In this document: positions 22,762 to 31,591 of the stretch, piece by piece
How the letters are laid out: the number at the start of each line of letters is the position of its first letter
Numbering within the stretch: position 1 is the stretch's first letter
Assembly (NCBI GenBank): GCA_036374835.1
Contig: DASUTB010000005.1
Location: 32,708-96,707 of the forward strand
Source: Jiangellaceae bacterium
Lineage (GTDB): Bacteria > Actinomycetota > Actinomycetes > Jiangellales > Jiangellaceae
DNA length: 64,000 nt
Direction of reading: 5' to 3'
Made by a program: the position numbers and the translations under genes
The notes under the pieces: model-generated
Seen by the model: the letters and a program-made list of their open reading frames with translations, nothing else
Database searches by the model: none
What the model was told of the DNA's origin: nothing

Positions 22762-23886
22762 ATGTCGAAAGGACAGCTACATCTTCCGGGAGCCATGCGG
22801 GCGGGAATGTCCAGGCCGATGGCATCCAGGCGTGATCTGTTGAAGGCGATGGGTGTGACCGCAGCCGCGGGCGCGCTCGCGGCCTGCACCGGGGACGACA
22901 ACGGGAACGGGGAAGCCGCCGACAATGGCAACGGCGGGAACGGAGGCGGCGGCGCCGGGAACTTTCCGGAGACGCCGGCATGGAACTTCGTGTTCGTGAA
23001 CCACGTGACCACCAACCCGTTCTTCGTGCCGACGCAGTACGGAATCGAAGACGCGTCGGCCATGTTGGGGACCGAGTTCCAGTGGTCCGGGTCGGAGACG
23101 TCGGAGATCTCGGAGATGGTCGATGCCTTCGACACGGCACTCGCCGGAGGCGCGGACGGCATCGCCGTGTCGCTCGTCGACCTGGAGGCGTTCAACGGGC
23201 CGATCGAGCGGGCTCTGTCGGAGGGGGTTCCCGTCCTGTCGTACAACGCCGACGCGCAGAACCAACGGCTCGCTTATGTAGGCCAGGACCTGTACGGCTC
23301 GGGCTACGCGATGGGCCAGCGCATCGTCGAACTGGTCGGCGATGGCAAGGTGGGACTCTTCATCGCCACCCCGGGTCAGTTGAACATCCAGCCGCGGATC
23401 GACGGCGCCCTCGACGCGATTCGCGATTCAGGTGCCGACATCGACGCTCAGGACATCGCGTCCGGTGCCGAGTTGCCCGACGAAGTCAACGCGGTCGAGT
23501 CGTGGTACCTGGGCAACCAGGACGCGACCGGCATGTTCGCCGTCGACGCCGGGTCCACTCAGGCCGTCGGCCAGATCGTCGAGCAGCAGAACGCCCGCGA
23601 CAACAACCTACGCGGCGCCGGCGGGTACGACCTGCTGGAGGAGACCGTCCGGCTGGTCTCGGACGGCGTGCTCGACTTCACCATCGACCAGCAGCCCTAC
23701 CTGCAGGGCTTCCTGCCGGTCCTCTACCTCTACCTGTACAAGCTTTCCGGCGGAGTCGCGACGCCGCCGGAGACCAACACCGGCCTAGTGTTCCTCGACC
23801 AGGATTCGGCACAGTTGTTCCTCGAGACCGAAAGCAGGTTCGAGGGCGACTCGGAGGAGCAGAAGATCGTCGAGCCGGTCAACTGA
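22762..23886 (+). CDS. Sugar ABC transporter substrate-binding lipoprotein (periplasmic binding protein type I)
   Basis: Tat-like SRRDLLKAMGVTAAAGALAAC lipobox. AGGAGG ribosome-binding site before ATG 22762. Confidence 0.8.
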   Translation: MSKGQLHLPGAMRAGMSRPMASRRDLLKAMGVTAAAGALAACTGDDNGNGEAADNGNGGNGGGGAGNFPETPAWNFVFVNHVTTNPFFVPTQYGIEDASAMLGTEFQWSGSETSEISEMVDAFDTALAGGADGIAVSLVDLEAFNGPIERALSEGVPVLSYNADAQNQRLAYVGQDLYGSGYAMGQRIVELVGDGKVGLFIATPGQLNIQPRIDGALDAIRDSGADIDAQDIASGAELPDEVNAVESWYLGNQDATGMFAVDAGSTQAVGQIVEQQNARDNNLRGAGGYDLLEETVRLVSDGVLDFTIDQQPYLQGFLPVLYLYLYKLSGGVATPPETNTGLVFLDQDSAQLFLETESRFEGDSEEQKIVEPVN

Positions 23887-23899
23887 AGCGAGTTCGAGC

Positions 23900-24919
23900 A
23901 TGACGACGACGAGAGAACCCGACAGCGCCCGGGCGGCACCGCCCACCCGGGCGCTGGGCCCGCGTGTGGTGGATGTGATCTTCCGGCGCCGCGAGGCATC
24001 GATCCTGCTGGTGACGCTGGCGCTGTTCGTCTATTTCAGCTCGGTGAACTCGGCCTTCTTTTCCGAGGCCAATATGCGGGTCCTCTCGCACTTCACCTAT
24101 CCCATCGCCATGATCGCCCTTGGCCAGGTGATGCTGCTGGTCTGCGGCCAGCTCGACCTCTCGGCGGGCCATGTCTTCGCATTCACGCCGTTCGTCTTGC
24201 TGTTCTTCATCGAGGCCGGCGTTCCGACGGCGATCGGGGTGGTCTTGGCCGTGGCGGCGGCCAGTGGCGTCGGACTCCTCAACGGATTGATCACAGTCAA
24301 GATCGGTGTCCATCCGTTCATCACGACGCTCGGTATGGCATTCGTCTTGCAGGGCAGTACGCTGATCATCGCCGACGGCCGGCCGACAACGCCGCCCGAC
24401 CTTGGGAGCGTCGAGTCCGAAATCTTCGGCAGGTTCCCGTTCGTGGGCATCATGTGGGCGGTCGTTCTGACCGCACTGATGTACGTCGTGCTCACCAACA
24501 CGCGCTGGGGGATCTATACCTTCGCCACCGGAGGCAACCCGCTCGGCGCGCGGGAGGCGGGCGTGCCGATCGACCGCATCAAGATCGGGAATTTCATGAT
24601 GTGCTCGGCGCTCGCGGGCTTCGCCGGAACCCTGGAGGGATACCGGATCAGCTCGTTCGACCCGTTGTCCGGCGGGTTCACCACGATGTTCTTCGCGATC
24701 TCGGCTGCTGTCATCGGTGGCACCGCACTCGCAGGTGGCTCCGGCACGATCATCGGCGGCTTCCTCGGCGCGCTGTTTATCGGGGTGCTGCGCGACGGGT
24801 TCACCATCGAGGGCATCAGCTCGTTCCAGTTGTTCATCTATCTTGGAGTTGCGATCATCATCTCGATGGTGCTGAACGTCTGGCTGTCCCGACTACGTCG
24901 GGGGGCGATGTTGTCATGA
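23900..24919 (+). CDS. Sugar ABC transporter permease (RbsC/AraH-like)
   Basis: Polytopic membrane protein with the permease family signature. Confidence 0.85.
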   Translation: MTTTREPDSARAAPPTRALGPRVVDVIFRRREASILLVTLALFVYFSSVNSAFFSEANMRVLSHFTYPIAMIALGQVMLLVCGQLDLSAGHVFAFTPFVLLFFIEAGVPTAIGVVLAVAAASGVGLLNGLITVKIGVHPFITTLGMAFVLQGSTLIIADGRPTTPPDLGSVESEIFGRFPFVGIMWAVVLTALMYVVLTNTRWGIYTFATGGNPLGAREAGVPIDRIKIGNFMMCSALAGFAGTLEGYRISSFDPLSGGFTTMFFAISAAVIGGTALAGGSGTIIGGFLGALFIGVLRDGFTIEGISSFQLFIYLGVAIIISMVLNVWLSRLRRGAMLS

Positions 24920-25704
24920 GCACAGACCAATCGGTCGACGGATACGCGATCCGCACCGAGAACATCGCCAAGAACTTCGAGGCCGTAGTGGCGCTCGAGG
25001 ACGTGTCCATCGAGTTGCAGCGCGGTGAGGTGCTGGGCCTGATCGGCGACAACGGCGCCGGCAAGTCCACGCTGATCAAGATTCTGACCGGGTTCCACCG
25101 GCCCGACAGCGGCCGGATCTTCATCAACGGCGAGCAGGTCACCCCGCGGTCGCCGTCGCATGCCCGCAGCCTCGGGATCGAGACCGTGTACCAGGATCTG
25201 GCCCTCGTCAACGAGCTGCCGGTGTACATGAACATGTTCCTCAACAAGGAGCTGCGTCGTGGCCGGTTACCGCTGCTGAACAAACGCAAGATGAAGCAGA
25301 TGGCGCGGGAGCACCTCGATGACATGGGTGTCCAGTTGTCCTCGGTCGGAACTGAGGTCACCTTCCTGTCCGGAGGGCAGCGGCAGGCCATCGCCGTCGC
25401 ACGGGCGGTCTATTCAGACGCGAGCATCTTCCTGCTCGATGAGCCGCTCGCGGCGATGGGTGCCAAGGAGAGCGCGATCATCCTCAACCTGATCCGGGAC
25501 CTGAAGCGCAAGGGCGACGTGTCGATGATGCTCATCGCCCACAACTACACGCAGGTCGTCGATGTCTGCGATCGGGTGTGCCTGCTCCAGCACGGCCAGA
25601 TCACTTACAACAAGCCGGTGGGTGAGACCTCTGTGCAGGAACTGACCGAACTGGTGGCGGCCGAGTACCGGCTGGGCAACAACGGCAACGCTTCGGGCAA
25701 ATAG
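24916..25704 (+). CDS. ABC transporter ATP-binding protein
   Basis: Walker A (GDNGAGKST), signature motif (LSGGQRQ), Walker B (LLDEP). Start overlaps the permease stop (ATGA). Confidence 0.85.
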   Translation: MSTDQSVDGYAIRTENIAKNFEAVVALEDVSIELQRGEVLGLIGDNGAGKSTLIKILTGFHRPDSGRIFINGEQVTPRSPSHARSLGIETVYQDLALVNELPVYMNMFLNKELRRGRLPLLNKRKMKQMAREHLDDMGVQLSSVGTEVTFLSGGQRQAIAVARAVYSDASIFLLDEPLAAMGAKESAIILNLIRDLKRKGDVSMMLIAHNYTQVVDVCDRVCLLQHGQITYNKPVGETSVQELTELVAAEYRLGNNGNASGK

Positions 25705-25764
25705 CGCCCCCTTGCGCGGCGCCGTTCCGGCCGAAGGGGGCGGGATAGTGTATTCATATGACCA

Positions 25765-26475
25765 TTGGGCGGCGTCGTGGCGGAGCATAAGTTCCAGGGT
25801 CGGGGCTTGCACGGACGCATCGTCCATGAGCTCGGCGGTCGCATCGTCGGCGGCGCCATCGTGCCGGGACAGGCGCTACCGACCGAAGACGAGCTGGGCG
25901 CAGAGCTGGGCGTGAGCCGGTCGGTTCTGCGGGAGGCGATCAAAGTGCTGGCCGGCAAGGGTCTGGTTGAGGTGCGGCCGAAGATCGGCACCAGGGTCCG
26001 GCCGCGCCGCAGCTGGCATCTGCTCGATCCGGAAGTGGTCCGCTGGCAGTTCGAACGGTTACCGGCGGCCGACGACCTTGTCGAGCTGTCCGAGGTCAGA
26101 GCGGTCGTCGAGCCGTCGGCCGCACGTTTGGCGGCGCGCCGGCGTACCGATGCCGACCTCGCCGACATCGAGGCGCACTGTAGGCGGATGGAATCCGCTG
26201 CTGCCGAACCCGTCGCCTTCCGGACCGCTGAACTCGATTTCCACAGTGCCGTGGTGGACGCATCGCACAACACCATGCTGTCGCACATGGGCGCGGTCAT
26301 CAGGGTTGCGCTGAGTGCCGTCCCGTCCAACGGTCAGGAGCGGGTGAAGGACGGGACGGCCCGCCACCGCGCCGTGCTCGACGCGATCGACCGGCACGAC
26401 CCCGCTGCCGCGGAGAAAGGGATGCGAGCGCTCCTCGACCGGCAACGTCCACAGACTACGAAGGAGGAATTGTGA
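25765..26475 (+). CDS. GntR-family (FadR/FCD subfamily) transcriptional regulator
   Basis: N-terminal GntR HTH and C-terminal FCD domain. Confidence 0.8.
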   Translation: MGGVVAEHKFQGRGLHGRIVHELGGRIVGGAIVPGQALPTEDELGAELGVSRSVLREAIKVLAGKGLVEVRPKIGTRVRPRRSWHLLDPEVVRWQFERLPAADDLVELSEVRAVVEPSAARLAARRRTDADLADIEAHCRRMESAAAEPVAFRTAELDFHSAVVDASHNTMLSHMGAVIRVALSAVPSNGQERVKDGTARHRAVLDAIDRHDPAAAEKGMRALLDRQRPQTTKEEL

Positions 26476-27476
26476 CCGATCCAGTCCGCTGGGGGGTCGT
26501 GGGGAATGCGGCGATCGCCCGGAAGAAGGTGATACCGGCGATGCAGCGCGCCGCGAACTGCGAAGTTCTCGCCATCGCGTCCCGCGAGCCGGAGCGCGCG
26601 GCCGACGCTGCCGGGTCTCTGGGCATCGCCAGATCGTACGGCTCCTACGAAGCGCTTCTCGGTGACGAGGACATCGACGCCGTCTACATCCCGTTGCCCA
26701 ACTCCATGCACGCCGAGTGGACGCTGAAGGCCGCCGCGGCCGGAAAGCACGTGCTGTGCGAGAAGCCGTTGGGAATGAACGAGGCAGAAGCGACCACCAT
26801 GGTGGAAGGGTGCCGGGGCGCCGGTGTCCTGCTGATGGAGGCGTTCATGTACCGGCTGCACCCGATGTGGGCACGGGTGCGGGAGCTGGTGACGGCGGGC
26901 CGCATCGGAGAGTTGCTCGCGATCCAGTCCTTCTTCTCGTACACCAATACCGACCCGGCGAACATTCGCAATATCGCCGAACTCGGTGGCGGCGCGCTGA
27001 TGGACATCGGGTGCTACCCGGTCAACGTCGCCCGGATGATGTTCGGTGCCGAGCCGACGGACGTCCAGAGCGTACTCCGGCGTGATCCGCGGTTCGGCAC
27101 CGACGTGCTCACCTCCGCGGTGCTGGACTTCGACGGCCGCCACGCCACGTTCACCTGCTCGACCCAGCTGCAAGACGACCAGCGCGTCCACCTGATCGGA
27201 ACCGAGGGCAGGCTGTTGGTCGAGATTCCGTTCAACATCCCGCCCGACCGTCCAACCCGAGTCTTCTTCTCGACCGGCGGAAACGCCGGTGCGGTCCCGC
27301 CGGTGCCGCCGAGCAGCGAGGTCATCGAGATACCCGCAGCCGACCAGTACCAGGTCCAGGTCGAGCAATTCGCGTCCGCGGTACGGGACGGGACGCAGCC
27401 ACCCATCCCGGCCGAGGACGCGATCGCGAACATGGCGGTCATCGACAAGGTGTTCGCCGCCGCCCGGCCGCACTGA
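26472..27476 (+). CDS. Gfo/Idh/MocA-family oxidoreductase
   Basis: AAGGAGG ribosome-binding site then GTG at 26472. VRWGVVGNAAIARKKVIPAM Rossmann N-terminus. Confidence 0.85.
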   Translation: MTDPVRWGVVGNAAIARKKVIPAMQRAANCEVLAIASREPERAADAAGSLGIARSYGSYEALLGDEDIDAVYIPLPNSMHAEWTLKAAAAGKHVLCEKPLGMNEAEATTMVEGCRGAGVLLMEAFMYRLHPMWARVRELVTAGRIGELLAIQSFFSYTNTDPANIRNIAELGGGALMDIGCYPVNVARMMFGAEPTDVQSVLRRDPRFGTDVLTSAVLDFDGRHATFTCSTQLQDDQRVHLIGTEGRLLVEIPFNIPPDRPTRVFFSTGGNAGAVPPVPPSSEVIEIPAADQYQVQVEQFASAVRDGTQPPIPAEDAIANMAVIDKVFAAARPH

Positions 27477-28598
27477 TCAGCGCAGGCCGAGCAACAGGTC
27501 TGTGATGAGCCGATCCAGCCGATCATGCTGGTGCCCGTTCTCGACCAGCGCGTCCAAGTCGAAATTCCGGCCGGCCAGCTGCTGCGCCTCCGCTGTGCTG
27601 TAGCGCCCGACGGCGGACTCGGACAGCTCGCGGACTCCCGCTTCGGCGACGGCCGCTTGGATATCCGGATCGTCGGCGAACCGCCGCACCTTGGCGGCAA
27701 GGGCGGAATATGTCCGCATCCATCCGGCTGCGAAGTCCCACACGTCACCGCCGTACTCTCCGCGATACGGCCTGGGGCCGAAGTGGCGTGGACCGAGATA
27801 GCCCGACTCCTCGAGGATCTTCACGAGGAAGAACATGTCCTTGAGCCCGGCTGAGCCTTGGGTGACGTTGAGATCGATGGCGGCGAGCCGGCCCGACCAG
27901 ATGGCTTGGGCGACGCCACGGTATGTGCTTTGGCTGGACTCCAGCGTCGCCGTCGGAAGCAACCCGACCATGTCCGGGTGGTCCAGCATCTCGATGAACG
28001 CCAGCGCGTGCCCGATGGTCGGCAGCACCGCGTTGCCGGTCGGTTCACCTGCTCCGGGTGCGAGGGCGAAGGTAATCGGGTAGTCCTGGTCGCGGACGCG
28101 CCCGCACAGGAAATTGATCGCTTCGCGATACCGGTCAAGTGCCTCGGTAGGCGTGCCGGCCGCTGTTGCCGCAATGCCTTCATGGGCAGCATTGAGGACA
28201 TGGATCGGCGCGCCGAGCTCGGCGCCGAGCTCCACGGCACGCAACGACTTCTGGAGCGCGCACCTACGCACGTCACCATCGGGTGCGGTGAACGCACCGC
28301 CGGCGAAGACGGGATGCCGCGACAGGTCGGTCGCGAACATCGAGACAGCCACACCGGTGTTGTCCAGCGCGGCCTGGAACTTGCCGAGTACGCTGTGCCG
28401 CTCCTGCGGCGTCGCGCCGGGTGGGAAAAGCTCGTCGTCGTGGATGGCGACGCCCCATGCTCCGATCTCGGCAAGGCCGTGGACGAAGTCCCACGGCTCG
28501 ATCAGTAGCGGTGCGGAGTCGCGAGTTGGATCCGGCCCCGGGCTCGGCGGTAGGCCGAAGCTGAAGCGGCGCTCTGGGGAGGTATGAAGGTCGGTCAT
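27477..28598 (-). CDS. Xylose-isomerase-family TIM barrel enzyme (XylA-like, divergent)
   Basis: Collinear with Streptomyces XylA as I recall it: RFSFGLP...HDDEL...LPTIGHALAFIE...GPRHF. Several otherwise conserved positions differ. Confidence 0.6.
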   Translation of the reverse strand: MTDLHTSPERRFSFGLPPSPGPDPTRDSAPLLIEPWDFVHGLAEIGAWGVAIHDDELFPPGATPQERHSVLGKFQAALDNTGVAVSMFATDLSRHPVFAGGAFTAPDGDVRRCALQKSLRAVELGAELGAPIHVLNAAHEGIAATAAGTPTEALDRYREAINFLCGRVRDQDYPITFALAPGAGEPTGNAVLPTIGHALAFIEMLDHPDMVGLLPTATLESSQSTYRGVAQAIWSGRLAAIDLNVTQGSAGLKDMFFLVKILEESGYLGPRHFGPRPYRGEYGGDVWDFAAGWMRTYSALAAKVRRFADDPDIQAAVAEAGVRELSESAVGRYSTAEAQQLAGRNFDLDALVENGHQHDRLDRLITDLLLGLR

Positions 28599-28987
28599 CG
28601 TGTGCTCCTCGCCCGTTCGATTAGGTCCGTTGATCCGTACGGCTCGGGTCAGTGAGGGCGTGCGACAGAGCCGGCCCGGCAGCGCCGAGCAATGGCGCGT
28701 GCGCGTCGAGTGCCGCGGGGACGGATCGTTGCCAACTGGCCGGGAGCCTCCAGGGCGTGACTCGCAGCTCCTCGGGCGCGACGCCCCGGGACGCGCGCTG
28801 CATGTGGTCGCTCAGTGCCCCCATCATGACCCCATTTGTTGGATAATCCACGATATTGCCGACGTGACACGTTGAGAATGTCGGCGGCGGATTCGTTTCC
28901 ATGCTGTGACATGCGGGAAAGGCTGGGCCCTGTCGTATGCCCTCGATAGGTTGATGGCGTGGTAGGAGCACCTGGGACGGGGCAAGC

Positions 28988-29806
28988 GTGAGTTCCCTCG
29001 ATGAGATCGCCGCTGAGCTGTACGGCACGCCGCCGGACAAGTTCGTCGCGGCGCGCGATGAGTACGTGAAGCAGGCTCGTGCGTCCGGCGATCGCGCATT
29101 GGCCAGTGAGCTGGGCAAACTGCGGCGGCCGACGCAGGGCGCATGGCTGGTCAACCAGCTGGTACGCGACGACAACCCGGCACTGGGCGAGCTGTTCGGA
29201 TTGGCCGAGGAGTACGCCGCGGCGCTGGCCGAGCGAGACCGAGACCGGCTCAAGGAGCTGACGAACCGTCGGCGTGATCTCGAGGCCCGGCTCGTGGCGC
29301 GGGCGGATGAACTCGGCGTCGAAGCGGGCGCACCACCGAGCGACGAGACGCTGGGGGAGGTGCGCGGGACGCTCGACGCCATCGTTTCGGATCCGGACGT
29401 CGCCGAGCAGGTGCGTGCCGGACGCCTCGTGAAGGCGGCGGGTGCGTCCTGGGGCCCATCACCGTCACCTCCACGCAAAGCACCGGCGCGCAAGTCTGCC
29501 GGCAAGACGCCTGCGGAGGTGAAGCCGACCGAGGACACGAAGACTACGGACGACGCCCGCGCCGCCCTCGAAGCGGAACGGGCCGCCCGTGCCGCGCGGG
29601 ACCACGCTGCCGCCGAGCTCGCCGAACGCACGTCCGAGGCAGACCAGGCGAATGCCGAGTACGAACGGCTCAGCGAACGTCTTGAACAACTGCGCGCGGA
29701 CGTTCAGGCGCTTGCCCAGGACGTCCGGGTCGCGCAGCAGAACGCGGCCCGCGCCGAGCGGCGGCGCGCCAATGCCGAGCGGAACCTGAGGAGACTGGAC
29801 GCGTAG
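28988..29806 (+). CDS. Hypothetical protein, charged coiled-coil C-terminus
   Basis: GTG start. The opposite-strand 336-aa ORF is S/A/R low complexity and was rejected. Confidence 0.5.
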   Translation: MSSLDEIAAELYGTPPDKFVAARDEYVKQARASGDRALASELGKLRRPTQGAWLVNQLVRDDNPALGELFGLAEEYAAALAERDRDRLKELTNRRRDLEARLVARADELGVEAGAPPSDETLGEVRGTLDAIVSDPDVAEQVRAGRLVKAAGASWGPSPSPPRKAPARKSAGKTPAEVKPTEDTKTTDDARAALEAERAARAARDHAAAELAERTSEADQANAEYERLSERLEQLRADVQALAQDVRVAQQNAARAERRRANAERNLRRLDA

Positions 29807-29930
29807 GTGACGTAAGGTGCCGTGCCCAGCCGATCCTCCGGCCGGTTCGACGCATGTTTCTCACCTGATCGCCACCGACGTGGCGATCAGGTGAGCGATC
29901 CGCCCTTACGAGCCGTCCCGGAGCGCCGCG

Positions 29931-30197
29931 TCACACGTTGAGGTGTGCCGGCTCGTGCGTCACGTCCTCGATCTCACCGGCAGCCTTGTCGAGGAGCTCG
30001 TGCACGAGGTGCGACAGCGCGCGAGCCGTCGCGATCTCCTCGCCGATCTGCGGCCTTGCCGGGTCGGAGGGGTTGCGGCGCGCGTGGCCGTTCGCGGTCA
30101 GCTCCGTACCGTCGGCGAGGTGGATCGTCGCCTTGGCGTCGGTGCGAGTGTCGTCCTCGGTGAACGTGACGGTGACCGTCCATTGTCCGGTCTTCAT
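29931..30197 (-). CDS. DUF1876 protein, Rv1738/Rv2632c dormancy-associated family
   Basis: 88 aa, aligns with Mtb Rv1738 as I recall it (WTV...NP.D...IGEEIATARALS.L...H.IE.VTH.PA). GGAGGTG ribosome-binding site before the ATG. Confidence 0.8.
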   Translation of the reverse strand: MKTGQWTVTVTFTEDDTRTDAKATIHLADGTELTANGHARRNPSDPARPQIGEEIATARALSHLVHELLDKAAGEIEDVTHEPAHLNV

Positions 30198-30282
30198 GGT
30201 TTCTTCACCTCCGGATATCTACTTTGTGAGGCATCTACGGACTTTGGCCGGGCTGCAGGCGCCGTTTGGCCGGGGCTTCGGC

Positions 30283-30299
30283 GCTTAACGTGATCATTC
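30283..30299 (-). repeat. Box copy 1: GAATGATCACGTTAAGC, 10 nt past the baeRF stop
   Basis: Read directly. Mini-ORF MITLSAEAPAKRRLQPGQSP. About 60 nt of extended similarity to copy 6. Confidence 0.7.
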
Positions 30300-30309
30300 G
30301 AGGGGGCAC

Positions 30310-31506
30310 CTACCAGCGGAGTAGGGCGCCGATACCGTCCGTGTCGGCGAGCGGCTCGGCGGCCGAGCCGTCCAAGACCGTCACCCGGGCGCCTTCGCGC
30401 AGCGCCATGTCGATCATGCGTTCGTCAAGGCGGGGCTCAGGCTCCAACGCCTGCGGGTCGACGTCCGGCACGGTCTCGGACTCGGCGACGAGCCGGCCGT
30501 CCGGCGTTCGGTTGCCCGTCCACGCCCCGTCCGCCGACAGCAGCAGGTGCGCCACACGCCCCTCGTTCAAGGCTGCGAGTGTTCTGGACAGCCCGCACGA
30601 GCCGCCGTCACTGTTGTCGCTCATCGCGGCGTTGCGCACCCGTTCGGCCAGCCGCCCGTAGCGTGCGATGCGTGCTTTATCGAGCGGTTCGCGGACCACA
30701 CCGGCAAGCTTCGTAGCCGACAGCGACGTCCCCGTGTGATGCGTCCGGACGACGTCCGCGCCGAGGTGCTCGGGGATGGTCTCGGCCACGGCGTGCACGT
30801 TCTTGGGGTCGCCCGCGATCACGACACATTCCCAGCCGAACTCGCGCGCATGGTCGGCGACGCGCGGACCGAGCGTGTGCAGGTATTGGAGCAGCCGATC
30901 CTCTTCCCGCTTGTCGAACAGGTCGTGATGCGAGGCGCTGCTGTGATGCGTCGTCGTCGGGGTGGCGTGGCCCTTTCCGGTTAGCTCGCGCCGGTCGGCG
31001 AGGTCCTCCGGATGTGCGATCGTCGCCACCTCGGTCACCGAACCCATGCGTATGTCCACGAGACGGACTTCGTGCGCGCCGACGGCGACGCATCCGGCCG
31101 GCGGGGCGGCACTCCACGCTGTCAGCAGCGGTCGCAGCGCGGGGCGAGGTCCCATCTCCACCTGATCCGACAACGGCATCTGAACGGTCAGCCTTTCGAC
31201 ATGACCGTTGCTGAGCGTTGCGAACATGGCCCTACCGCGGCCCGGTGCGCGGGCGTCCAGCACCGCTTCGACGTCCTGGTTCAGCTCGTTGAGCCGGTTG
31301 CCGATCGTCGAGAAGCGGTCCCGTGGGCTGGACTTGCGAAGCTCGTCCCGCAGCCGCTTCAAGTCCTTGCGGACCCGGGCCTGCCACGCGGGTTGCGATC
31401 CCTCGTCGGTGGGATCCGCCGTGGCGTACAGCGACAGCACACCGATGTCGTCACTCATATCCGCCAGGCCGCGTAACGTCGCCCAATCGAGAGACACGGT
31501 GCTCAC
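30310..31506 (-). CDS. eRF1-domain (baeRF/Rv2629-like) protein
   Basis: 398 aa. Call rests on overall resemblance to the mycobacterial Rv2629-like peptide-chain-release-factor-like family. Confidence 0.55.
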   Translation of the reverse strand: MSTVSLDWATLRGLADMSDDIGVLSLYATADPTDEGSQPAWQARVRKDLKRLRDELRKSSPRDRFSTIGNRLNELNQDVEAVLDARAPGRGRAMFATLSNGHVERLTVQMPLSDQVEMGPRPALRPLLTAWSAAPPAGCVAVGAHEVRLVDIRMGSVTEVATIAHPEDLADRRELTGKGHATPTTTHHSSASHHDLFDKREEDRLLQYLHTLGPRVADHAREFGWECVVIAGDPKNVHAVAETIPEHLGADVVRTHHTGTSLSATKLAGVVREPLDKARIARYGRLAERVRNAAMSDNSDGGSCGLSRTLAALNEGRVAHLLLSADGAWTGNRTPDGRLVAESETVPDVDPQALEPEPRLDERMIDMALREGARVTVLDGSAAEPLADTDGIGALLRW

Positions 31507-31591
31507 CCCCTACGGCTCGCGCGTCTACTCTCGTATCCCGAGGTTACGCTTTGCCGGCGGGGTCCGTCCCTAGGTTGGCCGGGCAAACTTG

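Noticed and set aside
28621-29631. 336-aa - ORF (MRSASSAAAWSRAARAARS...)
   Set aside because: Extreme Ser/Ala/Arg low complexity. The opposite-strand frame gives a normal charged helical protein.
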